From assembly GCA_964624205.1 (NCBI GenBank), contig CAZUWX010000008.1:10086-74085 (forward strand): DNA of 64,000 nucleotides, given 5' to 3'. The notes under the pieces were generated by a model. The model saw only the letters and a list, made by a program, of their open reading frames with translations, had not been told where the DNA came from and searched no databases. Origin of the DNA: an uncultured Chitinophagaceae bacterium (lineage in GTDB: Bacteria > Bacteroidota > Bacteroidia > Chitinophagales > Chitinophagaceae). Numbering within the stretch: the stretch's first letter is position 1; each line of letters begins with the position of its first letter. Shown here in pieces: positions 1-9,499 of the stretch. Both the position numbers and the translations under genes were made by a program.

Positions 1-2635
1 ATGAAACGCTGATAGAAGACCCATAGGTGTATTTGGGGAACGTATTGCCGATATGGGCCATGTCGGAACCATTGATGATACCATCTTCATTCAGATCCAG
101 CACCTTGACGTCTCCCGCTTTTGCCGGGCGCATGAACTGCGGATAGGCGGCGGCTTCTTCGTCGGTCTGAAAATACCCCGCGGTTTTATATCCCCAGAGA
201 GCGTCAATGGGATAACCTTCTCCTACGATATACCGGGGATCAATATCCGAACCCGTAATATAGGGCCCTGTACCGGCCAGGTCGACAACTTTATTATTAT
301 TAATGTTGAAATTAAAATTTGCGTCAAGGCCGAATTTGCCGAAGGTATTCCGGATGCCAGCCTGGAATTCCCATCCCCTGTTGTCCACCCTTCCTGCATT
401 TTGGGAAACCGGCTTTAATCCCAGGGTGCCCGGAACGGGCAACAGCAGCAGGATGCCTTCGGTACGTTTATCGTAATAGTCAACGCTGAAACTGATCCGG
501 TTATGAAGGAGGGCCAGGTCCAATCCGATGTTGGTTTGGGCAGTGGTTTCCCAGGTAAGGTCCGAGTTCGCCAGGCTCACTTGCGTATAACCCGGCGTAA
601 GTTGTCCGTTGAAATTGTAGCTCACCATATTTAGCGTGGGGAAATAGCTGTATAGCGGCACTGCCTGGTTGCCCGTTTGACCCCAGGAGCCCCTGATCTT
701 TAGTTCGTTAACGGTAGTTTGTAGATTCTCCCAGAAGTCTTCCTGCGAAATCCGCCACCCGGCTGAAAAAGAAGGGAAAAAGCCGTACTGATTATCGCCA
801 ACGAACCGGGAGGATCCGTCGTAACGTGCGTTAGCCTCAAAAAGATATTTATCCTGGAAAGCATAATTGAGACGTCCGAAATAAGACCTTAATCCCCAGT
901 CCGCATCGGCGCCGTCATTGTCTTTAGTGGCATTGTCGGCACCCTGTCCGATCGACTGCACGTCGTTATTATAGAATTGCTGGCGGTAGGCTGAGAGCGT
1001 GTTGGATTGATTTTCTATCTGGGAGTACCCCACGAGTGCATGGAGCCCGTGTTTGCCGAAGGTGGTTGAATAGGTCAGCAGGTTGTTTAAAGTGAACTCG
1101 CGCGACAAGTTCCGGGACTCGGTCAGCTCGTTGACGGGTCTTTGTCTCCGGATCAGGCTTGGGTTATCCCGATCATACAGCACATATGAGCTGGTAAAAT
1201 CTTTGACGTATTCGAAGTTAATTCTACCGCCGAAACGGGTGGAGAAAGTCAATCCGTTCAGGATTTCCCATTCACCGTTTATGTTACCCACAATATAGTC
1301 CCTGGCGATCCGGTTAGTGCCACCGATTTCCGCCAGCAGCAGGGGGTTGTTGGCCTGCACGCCGGCACCATATTGCCCATCGGAATATTTGGGAACGGCC
1401 CATATGGAATTCTGCATCATCAGCCGGAATATTTCGGTCATATTCTGGGGCGCCAGGTCTTTCGTGTACCGGTAGTTCAGGTCACCCGATACCTTTATTT
1501 TGCGGGAGACGGCGTAATCGGTGTTCAATCGGATATCGGTTAATTTGGAATTTGTGTTAACGATGATACCCTGCTGATCCTGAAAACGTACACTCAGCAA
1601 TGTTTTGAACTTATCGGTTCCGCCCGACAAAGAGACAGCATGACTGGTTTGCGGGGCCGTTTTGTACATGGTTTCATACCAACTGAACACCAATGGGTAT
1701 GCCTCCCGGTCGGTAGCATTCACATATTCGCTGATATACTCGTCGGTATAGATGGGTGCCGATCCCATGTTCTCCCGCGCTACATTTTGCAGACGCATAT
1801 AACTGTCAAGGTCCATGTGCTCGGGTTTGCTTACTGCTTTCTGTAGTGCATAAAATCCATTGTACGACACCTGCAGTTTACCGGCCTTTCCCCGTTTGGT
1901 GGTAACCAGGATCACGCCGTTAGCTGCCCGGGAGCCATAAATGGAGGTGGAAGAGGCATCCTTTAGTACCGAGATGGACTCAATATCGTTGGGGTTCAGG
2001 AAATCCAGCGGCTGTTCAATACCGTCCACGATCACCAGTGGCGATCGTTCGTTGCTGAGGGTAGTGATACCCCGTACGCGCACAACCGCATTAGATTTTC
2101 CGGGAGCGCCACCCTGATCCAACACCGTTAAGCCCGGCAACTGCCCCTGCAGGGCCTGCTGAATGCTGGTCACCGGCCGGCGGGCTAATTCGGCGCCCTT
2201 TATCTCTGAGACGGCGCTGGTGAGACTTACTTTTTTCTGCGCCCCATAACCGATAACGATTACCTCGCCAAGGTCATCTTCCCCGGATAACAAGACCACG
2301 TCAATGGTATGCCGGTTACCGACCCTTAGTTCCTGTGTTTGTACGCCAACATAACTAAATACCAGCGTGGTGTTTCTATCGGGTATGCTTATGCGGTAGA
2401 AACCATTCTCATCGGAAGAGACTCCCTCTCCCGTTTCTTTTGCTACAACACTTACACCGGGCAAAACCTGGTCTTGCGCGTCGCGAATTATGCCTGATAC
2501 AATAAGGGGGGCCTCTGAGGGGGCCGGCGTTACCTGTCCTTGTACCGGCAGATAGGCCATCCATAAAAAGATAATGCTGAAAGGCAACGAACAAAACACA
2601 GTTCGCCCCTTCCGCGGGAGATGCTGAAACTTCAT
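1..2635 (-). CDS. SusC/RagA-family TonB-dependent outer-membrane receptor (N-terminal ~878 codons; C-terminus lies beyond the window edge)
   Basis: A minus-strand frame is open from the ATG at 2635 to position 1. It is absent from the ORF track because there is no stop in the window. My own translation gives MKFQHLPRKGRTVFCSLPFSIIFLWMAYLPVQGQ (signal), IVSGIIRDAQDQVLPGVSVVAKETGEGVSSDENGFYRI (CarboxypepD_reg-like), EVIVIGYGAQKKVSLTSAVS and LKDASSTSIYGSRAANGVILVTTKRGK (plug). Near the edge it gives NRGWEF and GDVKVLDLNEDGIINGSD, which are typical of SusC. Confidence 0.9.
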   Translation of the reverse strand, partial: MKFQHLPRKGRTVFCSLPFSIIFLWMAYLPVQGQVTPAPSEAPLIVSGIIRDAQDQVLPGVSVVAKETGEGVSSDENGFYRISIPDRNTTLVFSYVGVQTQELRVGNRHTIDVVLLSGEDDLGEVIVIGYGAQKKVSLTSAVSEIKGAELARRPVTSIQQALQGQLPGLTVLDQGGAPGKSNAVVRVRGITTLSNERSPLVIVDGIEQPLDFLNPNDIESISVLKDASSTSIYGSRAANGVILVTTKRGKAGKLQVSYNGFYALQKAVSKPEHMDLDSYMRLQNVARENMGSAPIYTDEYISEYVNATDREAYPLVFSWYETMYKTAPQTSHAVSLSGGTDKFKTLLSVRFQDQQGIIVNTNSKLTDIRLNTDYAVSRKIKVSGDLNYRYTKDLAPQNMTEIFRLMMQNSIWAVPKYSDGQYGAGVQANNPLLLAEIGGTNRIARDYIVGNINGEWEILNGLTFSTRFGGRINFEYVKDFTSSYVLYDRDNPSLIRRQRPVNELTESRNLSREFTLNNLLTYSTTFGKHGLHALVGYSQIENQSNTLSAYRQQFYNNDVQSIGQGADNATKDNDGADADWGLRSYFGRLNYAFQDKYLFEANARYDGSSRFVGDNQYGFFPSFSAGWRISQEDFWENLQTTVNELKIRGSWGQTGNQAVPLYSYFPTLNMVSYNFNGQLTPGYTQVSLANSDLTWETTAQTNIGLDLALLHNRISFSVDYYDKRTEGILLLLPVPGTLGLKPVSQNAGRVDNRGWEFQAGIRNTFGKFGLDANFNFNINNNKVVDLAGTGPYITGSDIDPRYIVGEGYPIDALWGYKTAGYFQTDEEAAAYPQFMRPAKAGDVKVLDLNEDGIINGSDMAHIGNTFPKYTYGSSISVS

Positions 2636-3094
2636 AAAAATAAAAATTGGAAATGAAAAACTAGATTATCCTGACAGGCAGGAAACGGATGCAATTAATA
2701 GCAACAACAACACCCACACCCCGTTACATCGGAGGGAGCGGCCCCATAAAAAAAAGGGTGAAAACAAGTTGATAATGATGTGCTCATTATTAGTCTACTG
2801 ATTTGGTGGACAAAATAAAGTAGATTTCATCAATTGTCCAAAAAAAAGTAGAATTTTTTATTTTGTTTTTGAGAGAACGGCTGTAAGTGAGTCCCGGAAG
2901 GCATTTGAAAGATGCATGATAATTCGGGGGCAACTTTGAAACCATAAAACTCACCGTCTGTTTCTTTAAAAAATCCGTTTCTTTGACTATGCGATACCAG
3001 ATCGCTTGCCGGTGTGTACCGGGTGCAGGCTCGTAGCCATCAAACAGAAGCCTGCATCGACAAGCGAATGATCGCTACCTTAAACACCATAACA

Positions 3095-3475
3095 ATGAAA
3101 ATCTTCAACCTGATCTTTTGTTTGCTCTTTGTGGTTTCAGCCGGGCTGCAGTACAATGACCCCGACCCCTGGCTATGGATGCCGATCTATTTATATGCAG
3201 CCGTACTATGCTGGTTTGCCTTTCGGGGCCGATATTATACAAAGGCAATGCTCGTGGGAATTATCGTGTACCTGCTCTACGCGGTGTACCTGTTCTTTAC
3301 GGACAACGGCGTGATCGACTGGCTGTTCAAGCATGATGCAGAAAATATTGCCGCCTCGATGCAGGCCGCCAAACCCTGGATCGAGGACACCCGTGAATTC
3401 TTCGGCCTGTGCATACTGGCGCTGGTGCTGCTGGTAAACCGAATCTATGCCAGGAGAAAAGGAAAAGCAGCCTGA
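3095..3475 (+). CDS. small polytopic membrane protein, TMEM220-like
   Basis: Track ORF 3014..3475. The plausible start is the ATG at 3095 (MKIFNLIFCLLFVVSAGLQYNDPDPWLWMPIYLY...). It has four hydrophobic segments. The LQxNDPD..W motif is recalled from the TMEM220 family. Confidence 0.6.
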   Translation: MKIFNLIFCLLFVVSAGLQYNDPDPWLWMPIYLYAAVLCWFAFRGRYYTKAMLVGIIVYLLYAVYLFFTDNGVIDWLFKHDAENIAASMQAAKPWIEDTREFFGLCILALVLLVNRIYARRKGKAA

Positions 3476-3480
3476 ACCTC

Positions 3481-3700
3481 GGTTCGCACTCCTGGTGTGA
3501 GCTTGTGTTTACTCGTGTGTGAGGCTCTGTTCGATCCTGAACCGGGCCTGTGGTCGCTCCCGGTGTGAGCTTGTGTTTACTCGTGTGTGAAGCTCTGTTC
3601 GATCCGGAACCGGGCCTGTGGTCGCTCCCGGTGTGAGCTTGTGTTTACTCGTGTGTGAAGCTCTGTTCGATCCGGAACCGGGCTCCTGTTCACGCTCCCG
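3481..3700. repeat. 68-bp tandem repeat, about 3 full copies plus a diverged partial fourth
   Basis: The anchor ggtgtgagcttgtgtttactcgtgtgtga(a/g)gctctgttcgatcc(t/g)gaaccgggc recurs at 3494, 3562 and 3630, an exact 68-bp period with only a few substitutions. It sits in the convergent spacer between the stops at 3475 and 3833. Confidence 0.92.
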
Positions 3701-3832
3701 CCGGCTGCAGTGATCGTGGTTCCGGCGCCGACTGAAGGGTTGATTAGTTGCGTTGGGTTGCCGCGCGACTGACCCGCTGCCCTGGCAGCCGTTGATGGGC
3801 AGTCAGCGCTGCTCATGAGATTCAGGGGCCTG

Positions 3833-4489
3833 TCAGTTGTTCCGACCCTCCAGCATAGGCACAAAGGAAAAATTCTCGAAGATTTCTTCGACAAAGCTGC
3901 CGTCCTCCTGCTTGGTCAACCGCAGCATCCGCTGAACGGCCCCCTCTCCTACCGGGACAACCATCTTTCCCCCTGTTTTCAGTTGCTCCACCAGTTTCGG
4001 AGGAATAAAAGGGGCGGCCGCAGTCACCAGCACTTTATCGAACGGCGCATAAGTGGGAAGGCCTTCATAACCGTCGCCGTAGAAGTATTTTATATTCGGG
4101 TATTTGTTCCGGAGCACAAATTTGCGGTGGGTGTCGAAAAGTTTTTTCTGACGTTCAATCGTAAACACCTGTGCCCCTATCTCCGCCAGCACCATTGCCT
4201 GGTAGCCGCTGCCGGTGCCGATCTCCAGCACCTTGTCGTACGGCTCCAACCCCAGCAACTGCGTTTGGTAGGCTACTGTGTAAGGCTGCGAAATGGTTTG
4301 CGATTCGGCAATCGGAAAGGCCCGATCTTCATAAGCCAGCTTGTCAAAGGCTGAATCCAGAAAATAGTGGCGGGGAATAGCGTTTATCGCCTGGAGCACC
4401 CGCTCGTCCGTAATGCCTTTTTGTCTTAAACTCTCCACCAGTTGTTTGCGGAGCCCCTTATGCCGGTATGTATCTTCGTATTTTCGCAT
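3833..4489 (-). CDS. pcm: protein-L-isoaspartate O-methyltransferase
   Basis: Track ORF 3833..4621, but its N-terminal 44 codons run across the tRNA-Arg gene. The realistic start is the ATG at 4489 (MRKYEDTYRHKGLRKQLVESLRQKGITDERVLQAINAIPRHYFLD...). Motifs VLEIGTGSGYQAMVLAE and VTAAAPFIPPKLVEQLKTGGKMVVPVG are typical of Pcm. Confidence 0.9.
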   Translation of the reverse strand: MRKYEDTYRHKGLRKQLVESLRQKGITDERVLQAINAIPRHYFLDSAFDKLAYEDRAFPIAESQTISQPYTVAYQTQLLGLEPYDKVLEIGTGSGYQAMVLAEIGAQVFTIERQKKLFDTHRKFVLRNKYPNIKYFYGDGYEGLPTYAPFDKVLVTAAAPFIPPKLVEQLKTGGKMVVPVGEGAVQRMLRLTKQEDGSFVEEIFENFSFVPMLEGRNN

Positions 4490-4528
4490 CTCGACGCAAA
4501 GATAGCCATAGAGAAATATTATTTTTCC

Positions 4529-4536
4529 TACTTTTG
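4529..4536 (+). promoter_or_regulatory. candidate Bacteroidota -7 box (TAnnTTTG) for tRNA-Arg
   Basis: TACTTTTG ends 10 nt upstream of the mature tRNA 5' end at 4547. I could not identify a convincing -33 element. Confidence 0.4.
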
Positions 4537-4546
4537 CGTCCCTAAG

Positions 4547-4620
<74 letters not shown>

Positions 4621-4625
4621 CAAAG

Positions 4626-4660
4626 CCTTTTCAACGCAGTTGAAAGGGCATTTTTATTTT
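4626..4660 (+). terminator. hairpin plus T-rich tail after tRNA-Arg
   Basis: ccttttcaac-gca-gttgaaaggg forms a 10-bp stem with one G-U pair, followed by catttttatttt. Confidence 0.6.
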
Positions 4661-4750
4661 GAAGCAGCGAAAGCTTGCTTTTGTATGCGAAAAAATAAAA
4701 AATGTCCAACACCCGCAGGGGTGAGAGGGATTTGGGCTGAGCCACCTCCA

Positions 4751-5116
4751 AACGACTTTAATAATGCCATCAATCGTTGCTTGCAAAACAATCCTATAAG
4801 TAGTTGTGCATGGAGTAATGAAGCATTTGAGCTATGGTATTTGCTCCATTTTCATTATTACCAAAATTCTATGAGCAGGCAGCAATACCAGCAGTTGATG
4901 GAGGAAATCTTCAATCTTTTTTGGGAGCGGATTACCGCTATGAAAAAAATAGTAAAGAAGTGTATGCTTTGCTAAAGGAATATGGTAGTATCTAAGATGC
5001 AAATTCGAGGTGCCGGTCGGCTTACGGAAGCGTACAGTGGAAGACAGGATTATGCAGAGCATAACCCCTGTACAATGGTATGGGAGTTGGCGGAGGAGTT
5101 GATGAAATTGAAATAG
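4751..5116 (+). pseudogene. RloB-like (Toprim/OLD-related) gene remnant, 5'-truncated and frameshifted
   Basis: Three consecutive reading-frame pieces together resemble the C-terminal two thirds of RloB-family proteins. The pieces are NDFNNAINRCLQNNPISSCAWSNEAFELWYLLHFHYY...(4751-~4930), YRYEKNSKEVYALLKEYGSI* (4933-4995) and MQIRGAGRLTEAYSGRQDYAEHNPCTMVWELAEELMKLK* (4997-5116). The WSNxxFELWxLLHF motif and the NPxT..V..L C-terminus are recalled hallmarks. No N-terminal part and no partner ATPase gene is present. Confidence 0.6.
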
Positions 5117-5309
5117 ACCAAAATAAGAACCTGGGTAAAGCATCCTCCATTAAAAGAGTATTCACCCAGTGAGATTATACAATTATTTATTATGTGCCTG
5201 GTACCGCCATGCCACGAATGTGGTATTTGGTGGCCAGACGATGGAAAACAGGGAACCTGCGGGTGTTATTGCTAACGATTTTCCTACCTTCGTTGTTCAT
5301 TTGTTATGT

Positions 5310-6686
5310 ATGAAATACCTTATTTTTTCGTTGCTATTTTTTGCCGGCGCCGGCCAGTTGAACGCCCAGGCTTTTAAACGTCTTGCCGACCGTGCCAAGC
5401 ACAAACTGGAACGCAAAGCGGGCGATAAAATTGAAAAGGGCATCGACGACGCGGTCGATGGCAATGCAAAGGACAAAAAGACCGCAGAGAAAGAAAAGGA
5501 CAAAAAAGCAGAAACAACCTCCGGCAGCGGGAAAACGGACTCCCCGGATGTTGGTAACACCGGAGCTGATAATACCACAGCCGGCAACGAAGCTCCCGCC
5601 ACTACAGCGTCCCCTGCTAACGAAAAAAACGCTGCCCCCGCCCTCCTGCAGACCTATTCCAAATACGACTTTGTGCCCGGTGATAAGATCATCGCCTTCG
5701 AAGATTTTTCCGAGACCGATCTGGGGGATTTTCCTGACCGCTGGAATACCAATGCTTCGGGTGAAGTGGTGACGCTCAACAACAAGGAAGGCAAATGGTT
5801 TAAAATAGATAAGCAAGGCGGCTTTCATCCCGAATTCATTACCGAGATACCCGATAATTTTACCCTGGAGTTCGATCTGGGCGTGAATGACAACTGGAAT
5901 TCCTACCCCTTTACGATCAATATCACTAAGCTGAAATCGCCTCAGAAGTTTACAGACTATGACTACAACATCAACTGGCAGAACGATCCGGTTGTACAAT
6001 TACGTTTTAAACCGGCGGTATCGGCAAGCAGAGCCGACGGCGCTTCCGAAATAGTAGCCGGCTCCAAGAGCGCCGAGAGCCTTCGTAACAGGGTGAACTA
6101 TGCCAATTGGGATAACCAGTCAAACAAATTCGCACATGTCGCAATCTGGCGGCAGAAACAGCGGCTACGGGTATACCTGAACGGAGAAAAAATATGGGAT
6201 ATTCCCCGCGCTTTCAGCGCCACGGATGCCTATAACGCGGTTACGGCAGGCGTGAGCTCTAATTACCGCGACGGAGATTTTTTCCTGCTCGGCAACATAA
6301 GGCTGGCGGCTGGCGCCCCCGATACGCGGAACAAGCTGATCACAGAAGGAAAATTTGTAACCCGCGGCATCTTGTTCGACGTGAACAGCGACGAGATCAA
6401 GGCAGAATCTTACGGCGCCCTGAAGGATATCGCCACTACCTTAAAAGAGAATGCAGCGATCCGGGTAAAGGTGGTCGGCCACACAGATAGCGACGGGGAT
6501 GACAATAGTAATATGGAGCTGTCCAAACGCCGTGCGGCAGCGGTAAAAATAAGTCTGGTGCAAGAATTCGGGTTAGACGCCGGCCGCATAGAAACGGACG
6601 GCAAGGGAGAATCACAGCCTGTAGATACCGGGAATACCCCTGTTGCCAAAGCCAACAACCGAAGGGTAGAATTTGTAAAACTGTAG
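5310..6686 (+). CDS. OmpA-family protein (signal peptide, K/E/T-rich low-complexity region, central domain, C-terminal OmpA/peptidoglycan-binding domain)
   Basis: Track ORF 5169..6686. The likely start is the ATG at 5310 (MKYLIFSLLFFAGAGQLNAQ). The C-terminus FDVNSDEIKAESYGALKDIATTLKENAAIRVKVVGHTDSDGDDNSNMELSKRRAAAVKISLV...NRRVEFVKL is a canonical OmpA_C domain. Confidence 0.85.
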   Translation: MKYLIFSLLFFAGAGQLNAQAFKRLADRAKHKLERKAGDKIEKGIDDAVDGNAKDKKTAEKEKDKKAETTSGSGKTDSPDVGNTGADNTTAGNEAPATTASPANEKNAAPALLQTYSKYDFVPGDKIIAFEDFSETDLGDFPDRWNTNASGEVVTLNNKEGKWFKIDKQGGFHPEFITEIPDNFTLEFDLGVNDNWNSYPFTINITKLKSPQKFTDYDYNINWQNDPVVQLRFKPAVSASRADGASEIVAGSKSAESLRNRVNYANWDNQSNKFAHVAIWRQKQRLRVYLNGEKIWDIPRAFSATDAYNAVTAGVSSNYRDGDFFLLGNIRLAAGAPDTRNKLITEGKFVTRGILFDVNSDEIKAESYGALKDIATTLKENAAIRVKVVGHTDSDGDDNSNMELSKRRAAAVKISLVQEFGLDAGRIETDGKGESQPVDTGNTPVAKANNRRVEFVKL

Positions 6687-6718
6687 AGAACAAAAAGCAC
6701 AACCGCATAACTGCAACC

Positions 6719-6748
6719 AAAAATGCATCTCCGAAAAGATGCATTTTT
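6719..6748. terminator. bidirectional rho-independent terminator between the OmpA-family gene and infC
   Basis: Perfect 12-bp inverted repeat AAAAATGCATCT-ccgaaa-AGATGCATTTTT. The A/T runs give a U-tail on both strands. It lies between convergent stops at 6686 and 6788. Confidence 0.75.
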
Positions 6749-6787
6749 GACTATTTATAGCGCGCCGCTACAGCCTGGGGCGGGCAC

Positions 6788-7369
6788 TTATGATTTTTCC
6801 TTCTTTTTCTGCGCTTTGGGGGCAAAAATGATCAGCATACGTTTGCCTTCCATCTTGGGAAGGGCCTCGGGCTGTCCGACCTCTGCCAAACGCTCCGCAA
6901 ATTTCAGCAGCAACAGCTCACCTCTTTCCTTGAACATGATTGCCCTGCCCTTGAACTGGACATAGGCCTTGACTTTATTGCCATCCTTCAAAAAGGCCTC
7001 AGCGTGCTTTGATTTGAAATCGAAATCGTGATCGTCCGTGCTGGGCGTAAAACGAATCTCCTTTACTTCGGCCGATTTGCTCTTGGCCTTCATCTCTTTC
7101 TCCTTGCGCTTTTTCTCGTACAGGAATTTATTGTAGTCGATTATCCTGCACACCGGCGGATCGGCCTGGGGAGATATTTCAACAAGATCCAACCCCTGAT
7201 CCTGGGCCATACGCAACGCCTCCTGGGTAGGAAAAACCCCTGCCTCTACATTGTCCCCTACCAACCTGACCTGTGGCACACGGATCATCTGATTCGTTCT
7301 GTGCTCCTGCTGTTGTTCTCTTCTGAACCGGGGATTGAAGCCCCTCGGCTGTCTGGGTGGAAATGCCAT
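6788..7369 (-). CDS. infC: translation initiation factor IF-3
   Basis: IRVPQVRLVGDNVEAGVFPTQEALRMAQDQGLDLVEISPQADPPVCRIIDYNKFLYEKKRKEKE...KGRAIMFKERG. It lies directly downstream of thrS, the conserved order. The N-terminus is basic and extended. Confidence 0.92.
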   Translation of the reverse strand: MAFPPRQPRGFNPRFRREQQQEHRTNQMIRVPQVRLVGDNVEAGVFPTQEALRMAQDQGLDLVEISPQADPPVCRIIDYNKFLYEKKRKEKEMKAKSKSAEVKEIRFTPSTDDHDFDFKSKHAEAFLKDGNKVKAYVQFKGRAIMFKERGELLLLKFAERLAEVGQPEALPKMEGKRMLIIFAPKAQKKKEKS

Positions 7370-7460
7370 AACTAATTTCGTTTCCCCTCCCCCCGGGAAA
7401 CAGTTGTTTGTTTTATTGATGAATGATCTCCCTGGGATAAGGAAATCGAGTACTGCTATG

Positions 7461-9389
7461 CTACGCCTTATTTTCTATCTCTGCAAGTAAAGAGCCAATA
7501 AATTCTTGGGGATCCACCGACCCCATATCTCCCTTCCCCTGTCTGCGCACCGACACCCGGTCCTGCGCCACCTCTTTCTCCCCGATCACCAGCATATAAG
7601 GCACTTTCGCCAGCTCAGTGTCACGGATCTTTTTACCTATTTTTTCGCTCCGGTCGTCTATATCTGCGCGAATATCAGCTTTTTTGAGCTTTCCCAAAAT
7701 AGTTTGTGCATAGGGTGAGAACTTCTCGCTGATCGGTAATATTTTCACCTGCAACGGCGCCAGCCAGGTAGGAAATTTACCCGCATAGTGCTCCAGCAGG
7801 AAGCCGATGAACCGCTCGTGTGTGCCCAACGGCGCCCGGTGAATGATCAGCGGCGTCTCCGGCTGATTTTCGCGATTGGTGAACTCCAACCGAAACCGCT
7901 TTCCCTGGGCAAAATCAACCTGGTTGGTGGCCAGCGTAAATTCCCTGCCGATGGCACTCCAGATCTGTACATCAATTTTCGGTCCGTAAAATGCAGCCTC
8001 GTCCGGAACCTCCACAAACGGGGTGTTGGTCTTCACCAGCACATCCCGCACCAGCGCCTCAGTTTCCTTCCACAACACAGGCTCGTCGATGTACTTCTCA
8101 CCCAGCTTGGAAGGTTCGTGCACGCTGAAGCGCATCACGTATTTCTCTATGCCGAATATTTTGAAATACTTCAGATACATGTCGTTCACCGCCCTGAATT
8201 CCTCATAGAACTGGTCTTTCGTGCAATAGATATGCGCATCGTTCATGTGCAGGCAACGCACCCGCATCAGCCCGAAAAGCTCCCCGCTCTGCTCATACCG
8301 GTAACAGGTGCCATATTCCGCCAGCCGGAGCGGGATATCTTTATAGCTCCTGGGTTCCGCCGCAAATATCTTGTGGTGATGCGGGCAGTTCATCGCCTTA
8401 AGATAATACCGCACGCCTTCCAGTTCCATCGGCGGAAACATGCTGTCCTTGTAATACGGCAGGTGACCGGATGTAAGATACAGGCTTTCTTTGGCAATAT
8501 GGGGGGTGATAACACGCTTGTATCCGGCTTTTTCCTCGGTCTGTTTGGCGAGTTTTTCCAGTTCGTCGATGATGACGGTGCCGTTCGGCATCCAGAGCGG
8601 CAGGCCGGGGCCCACTTCGTCGTCGAAAGTAAAGATACCCAGTTCCCGGCCCAGCTTACGATGATCCCTTTTTTTCGCCTCTTCCACCATCAGCAGGTAT
8701 TCGTCCAGTTCCTTCTGGTTGGGGAAACTCACACCATATACCCGCGTGAGCATCTTATTACGCTCGTCGCCCTTCCAGAACGCCCCCGACACGCTGGTGA
8801 GCCGGATAGCCCGGATAAAACCCGTATCAGGGATATGCGGGCCCCGGCACAGGTCGGTGAAACCACCCTGTGTATAAAAAGTGATATTGCCGTCTTCCAG
8901 GTTCGACAGCAGGTCGAGCTTGTATTCGTCCGACTTCTCCGTGAAATACCGGATGGCGTCGTCTTTGGATATTTCCTTACGAATATAGGGCTGTTGCTGC
9001 CTGGCCAGTTCGTTCATCTTTGTTTCCACACGTTTCAGGTCTTCCTCGCTCAGTTGCCGGTCGCCCAGGTCCATATCATAGTAAAATCCTTTGTCGAGCG
9101 CGGGCCCCACCCAGAATTTCACGCCCGGGTAAAGCGCTTCCACAGCTTCGGCAAGCAGGTGCGCGGAGGAATGCCAGAAAGTATTCTTCCCCTCAGCGTC
9201 GTCCCAGGTAAGCAGGGTAAGAGCGGAATCGCTGGTGATAGGACGGGCGGTATCCCATACCTGTCCGTTTACTTTTGCTGCCAACACCTTCCTTGCGAGT
9301 CCTTCACTGATGGATTTTGCGATCTCCATAGACGTGATGCCCGCCGCGTATTCCCGTACGGATCCGTCGGGTAATGTAATGTTTATCAT
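7461..9389 (-). CDS. thrS: threonine--tRNA ligase
   Basis: 642 aa. TGS-like N-terminus MINITLPDGSVREY, editing-domain motif HSSAHLLAEAV, class II core FRLAEYGTCYRYEQSGELFGLMRVRCLHMNDAHIY and an anticodon-binding C-terminus. Confidence 0.97.
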   Translation of the reverse strand: MINITLPDGSVREYAAGITSMEIAKSISEGLARKVLAAKVNGQVWDTARPITSDSALTLLTWDDAEGKNTFWHSSAHLLAEAVEALYPGVKFWVGPALDKGFYYDMDLGDRQLSEEDLKRVETKMNELARQQQPYIRKEISKDDAIRYFTEKSDEYKLDLLSNLEDGNITFYTQGGFTDLCRGPHIPDTGFIRAIRLTSVSGAFWKGDERNKMLTRVYGVSFPNQKELDEYLLMVEEAKKRDHRKLGRELGIFTFDDEVGPGLPLWMPNGTVIIDELEKLAKQTEEKAGYKRVITPHIAKESLYLTSGHLPYYKDSMFPPMELEGVRYYLKAMNCPHHHKIFAAEPRSYKDIPLRLAEYGTCYRYEQSGELFGLMRVRCLHMNDAHIYCTKDQFYEEFRAVNDMYLKYFKIFGIEKYVMRFSVHEPSKLGEKYIDEPVLWKETEALVRDVLVKTNTPFVEVPDEAAFYGPKIDVQIWSAIGREFTLATNQVDFAQGKRFRLEFTNRENQPETPLIIHRAPLGTHERFIGFLLEHYAGKFPTWLAPLQVKILPISEKFSPYAQTILGKLKKADIRADIDDRSEKIGKKIRDTELAKVPYMLVIGEKEVAQDRVSVRRQGKGDMGSVDPQEFIGSLLAEIENKA

Positions 9390-9499
9390 TTCGCTATTGC
9401 CTCATTTTTAAGGCGACAAATTTAACGAACTATTTGCAGACCCCCGGTGATGTTATTTGCCGGGGCCCGTCAATATTGGGTAATTTGCCGGACCGAACT

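Noticed and set aside
3481-3700. Could the 68-bp repeat array be a CRISPR array or a tRNA-derived att/integration relic? It contains the T-arm-like string GTTCGATCC.
   Set aside because: The units are directly abutting with no unique spacers, and no cas genes are in the window, so it is not CRISPR. No cloverleaf or acceptor-stem pairing can be drawn around the T-arm-like string. It also differs from the nearby tRNA-Arg T-arm (GGTTCGAATCCAAT).
4640-4750. First 37 codons of track ORF 4640-4975 (MKGHFYFEAAKACFCMRKNKKCPTPAGVRGIWAEPPP), considered as a genuine N-terminus for the RloB-like gene.
   Set aside because: This stretch overlaps the tRNA-Arg terminator region and bears no resemblance to the RloB N-terminal Toprim-like region. 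The open frame upstream of ~4751 is most likely fortuitous.
6788-7369. Expected non-canonical (AUU-type) autoregulatory start codon of infC.
   Set aside because: The ORF begins with a normal ATG at 7367-7369. An upstream unusual start cannot be excluded, but nothing in the sequence requires it.
7788-9374. Very long antisense ORFs opposite real genes. The 528-aa ORF opposite thrS is the extreme case. Others are 14130-15572, 16214-17161, 43129-44160, 54512-55771, 49304-50050, 38238-38891, 62496-63104, 61412-61984, 5334-5999 and 52103-52690.
   Set aside because: I checked the phase of each one. All are in the codon-aligned antisense frame, for example (9389-7790), (15570-13746) and (55678-54514), all divisible by 3. 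In that frame a stop arises only where the sense gene uses TTA, CTA or TCA. The long open stretches therefore simply reflect avoidance of those three codons in this genome. Their translations are R/G/H/P-rich, have no recognisable motifs, and are fully nested in well-supported genes.
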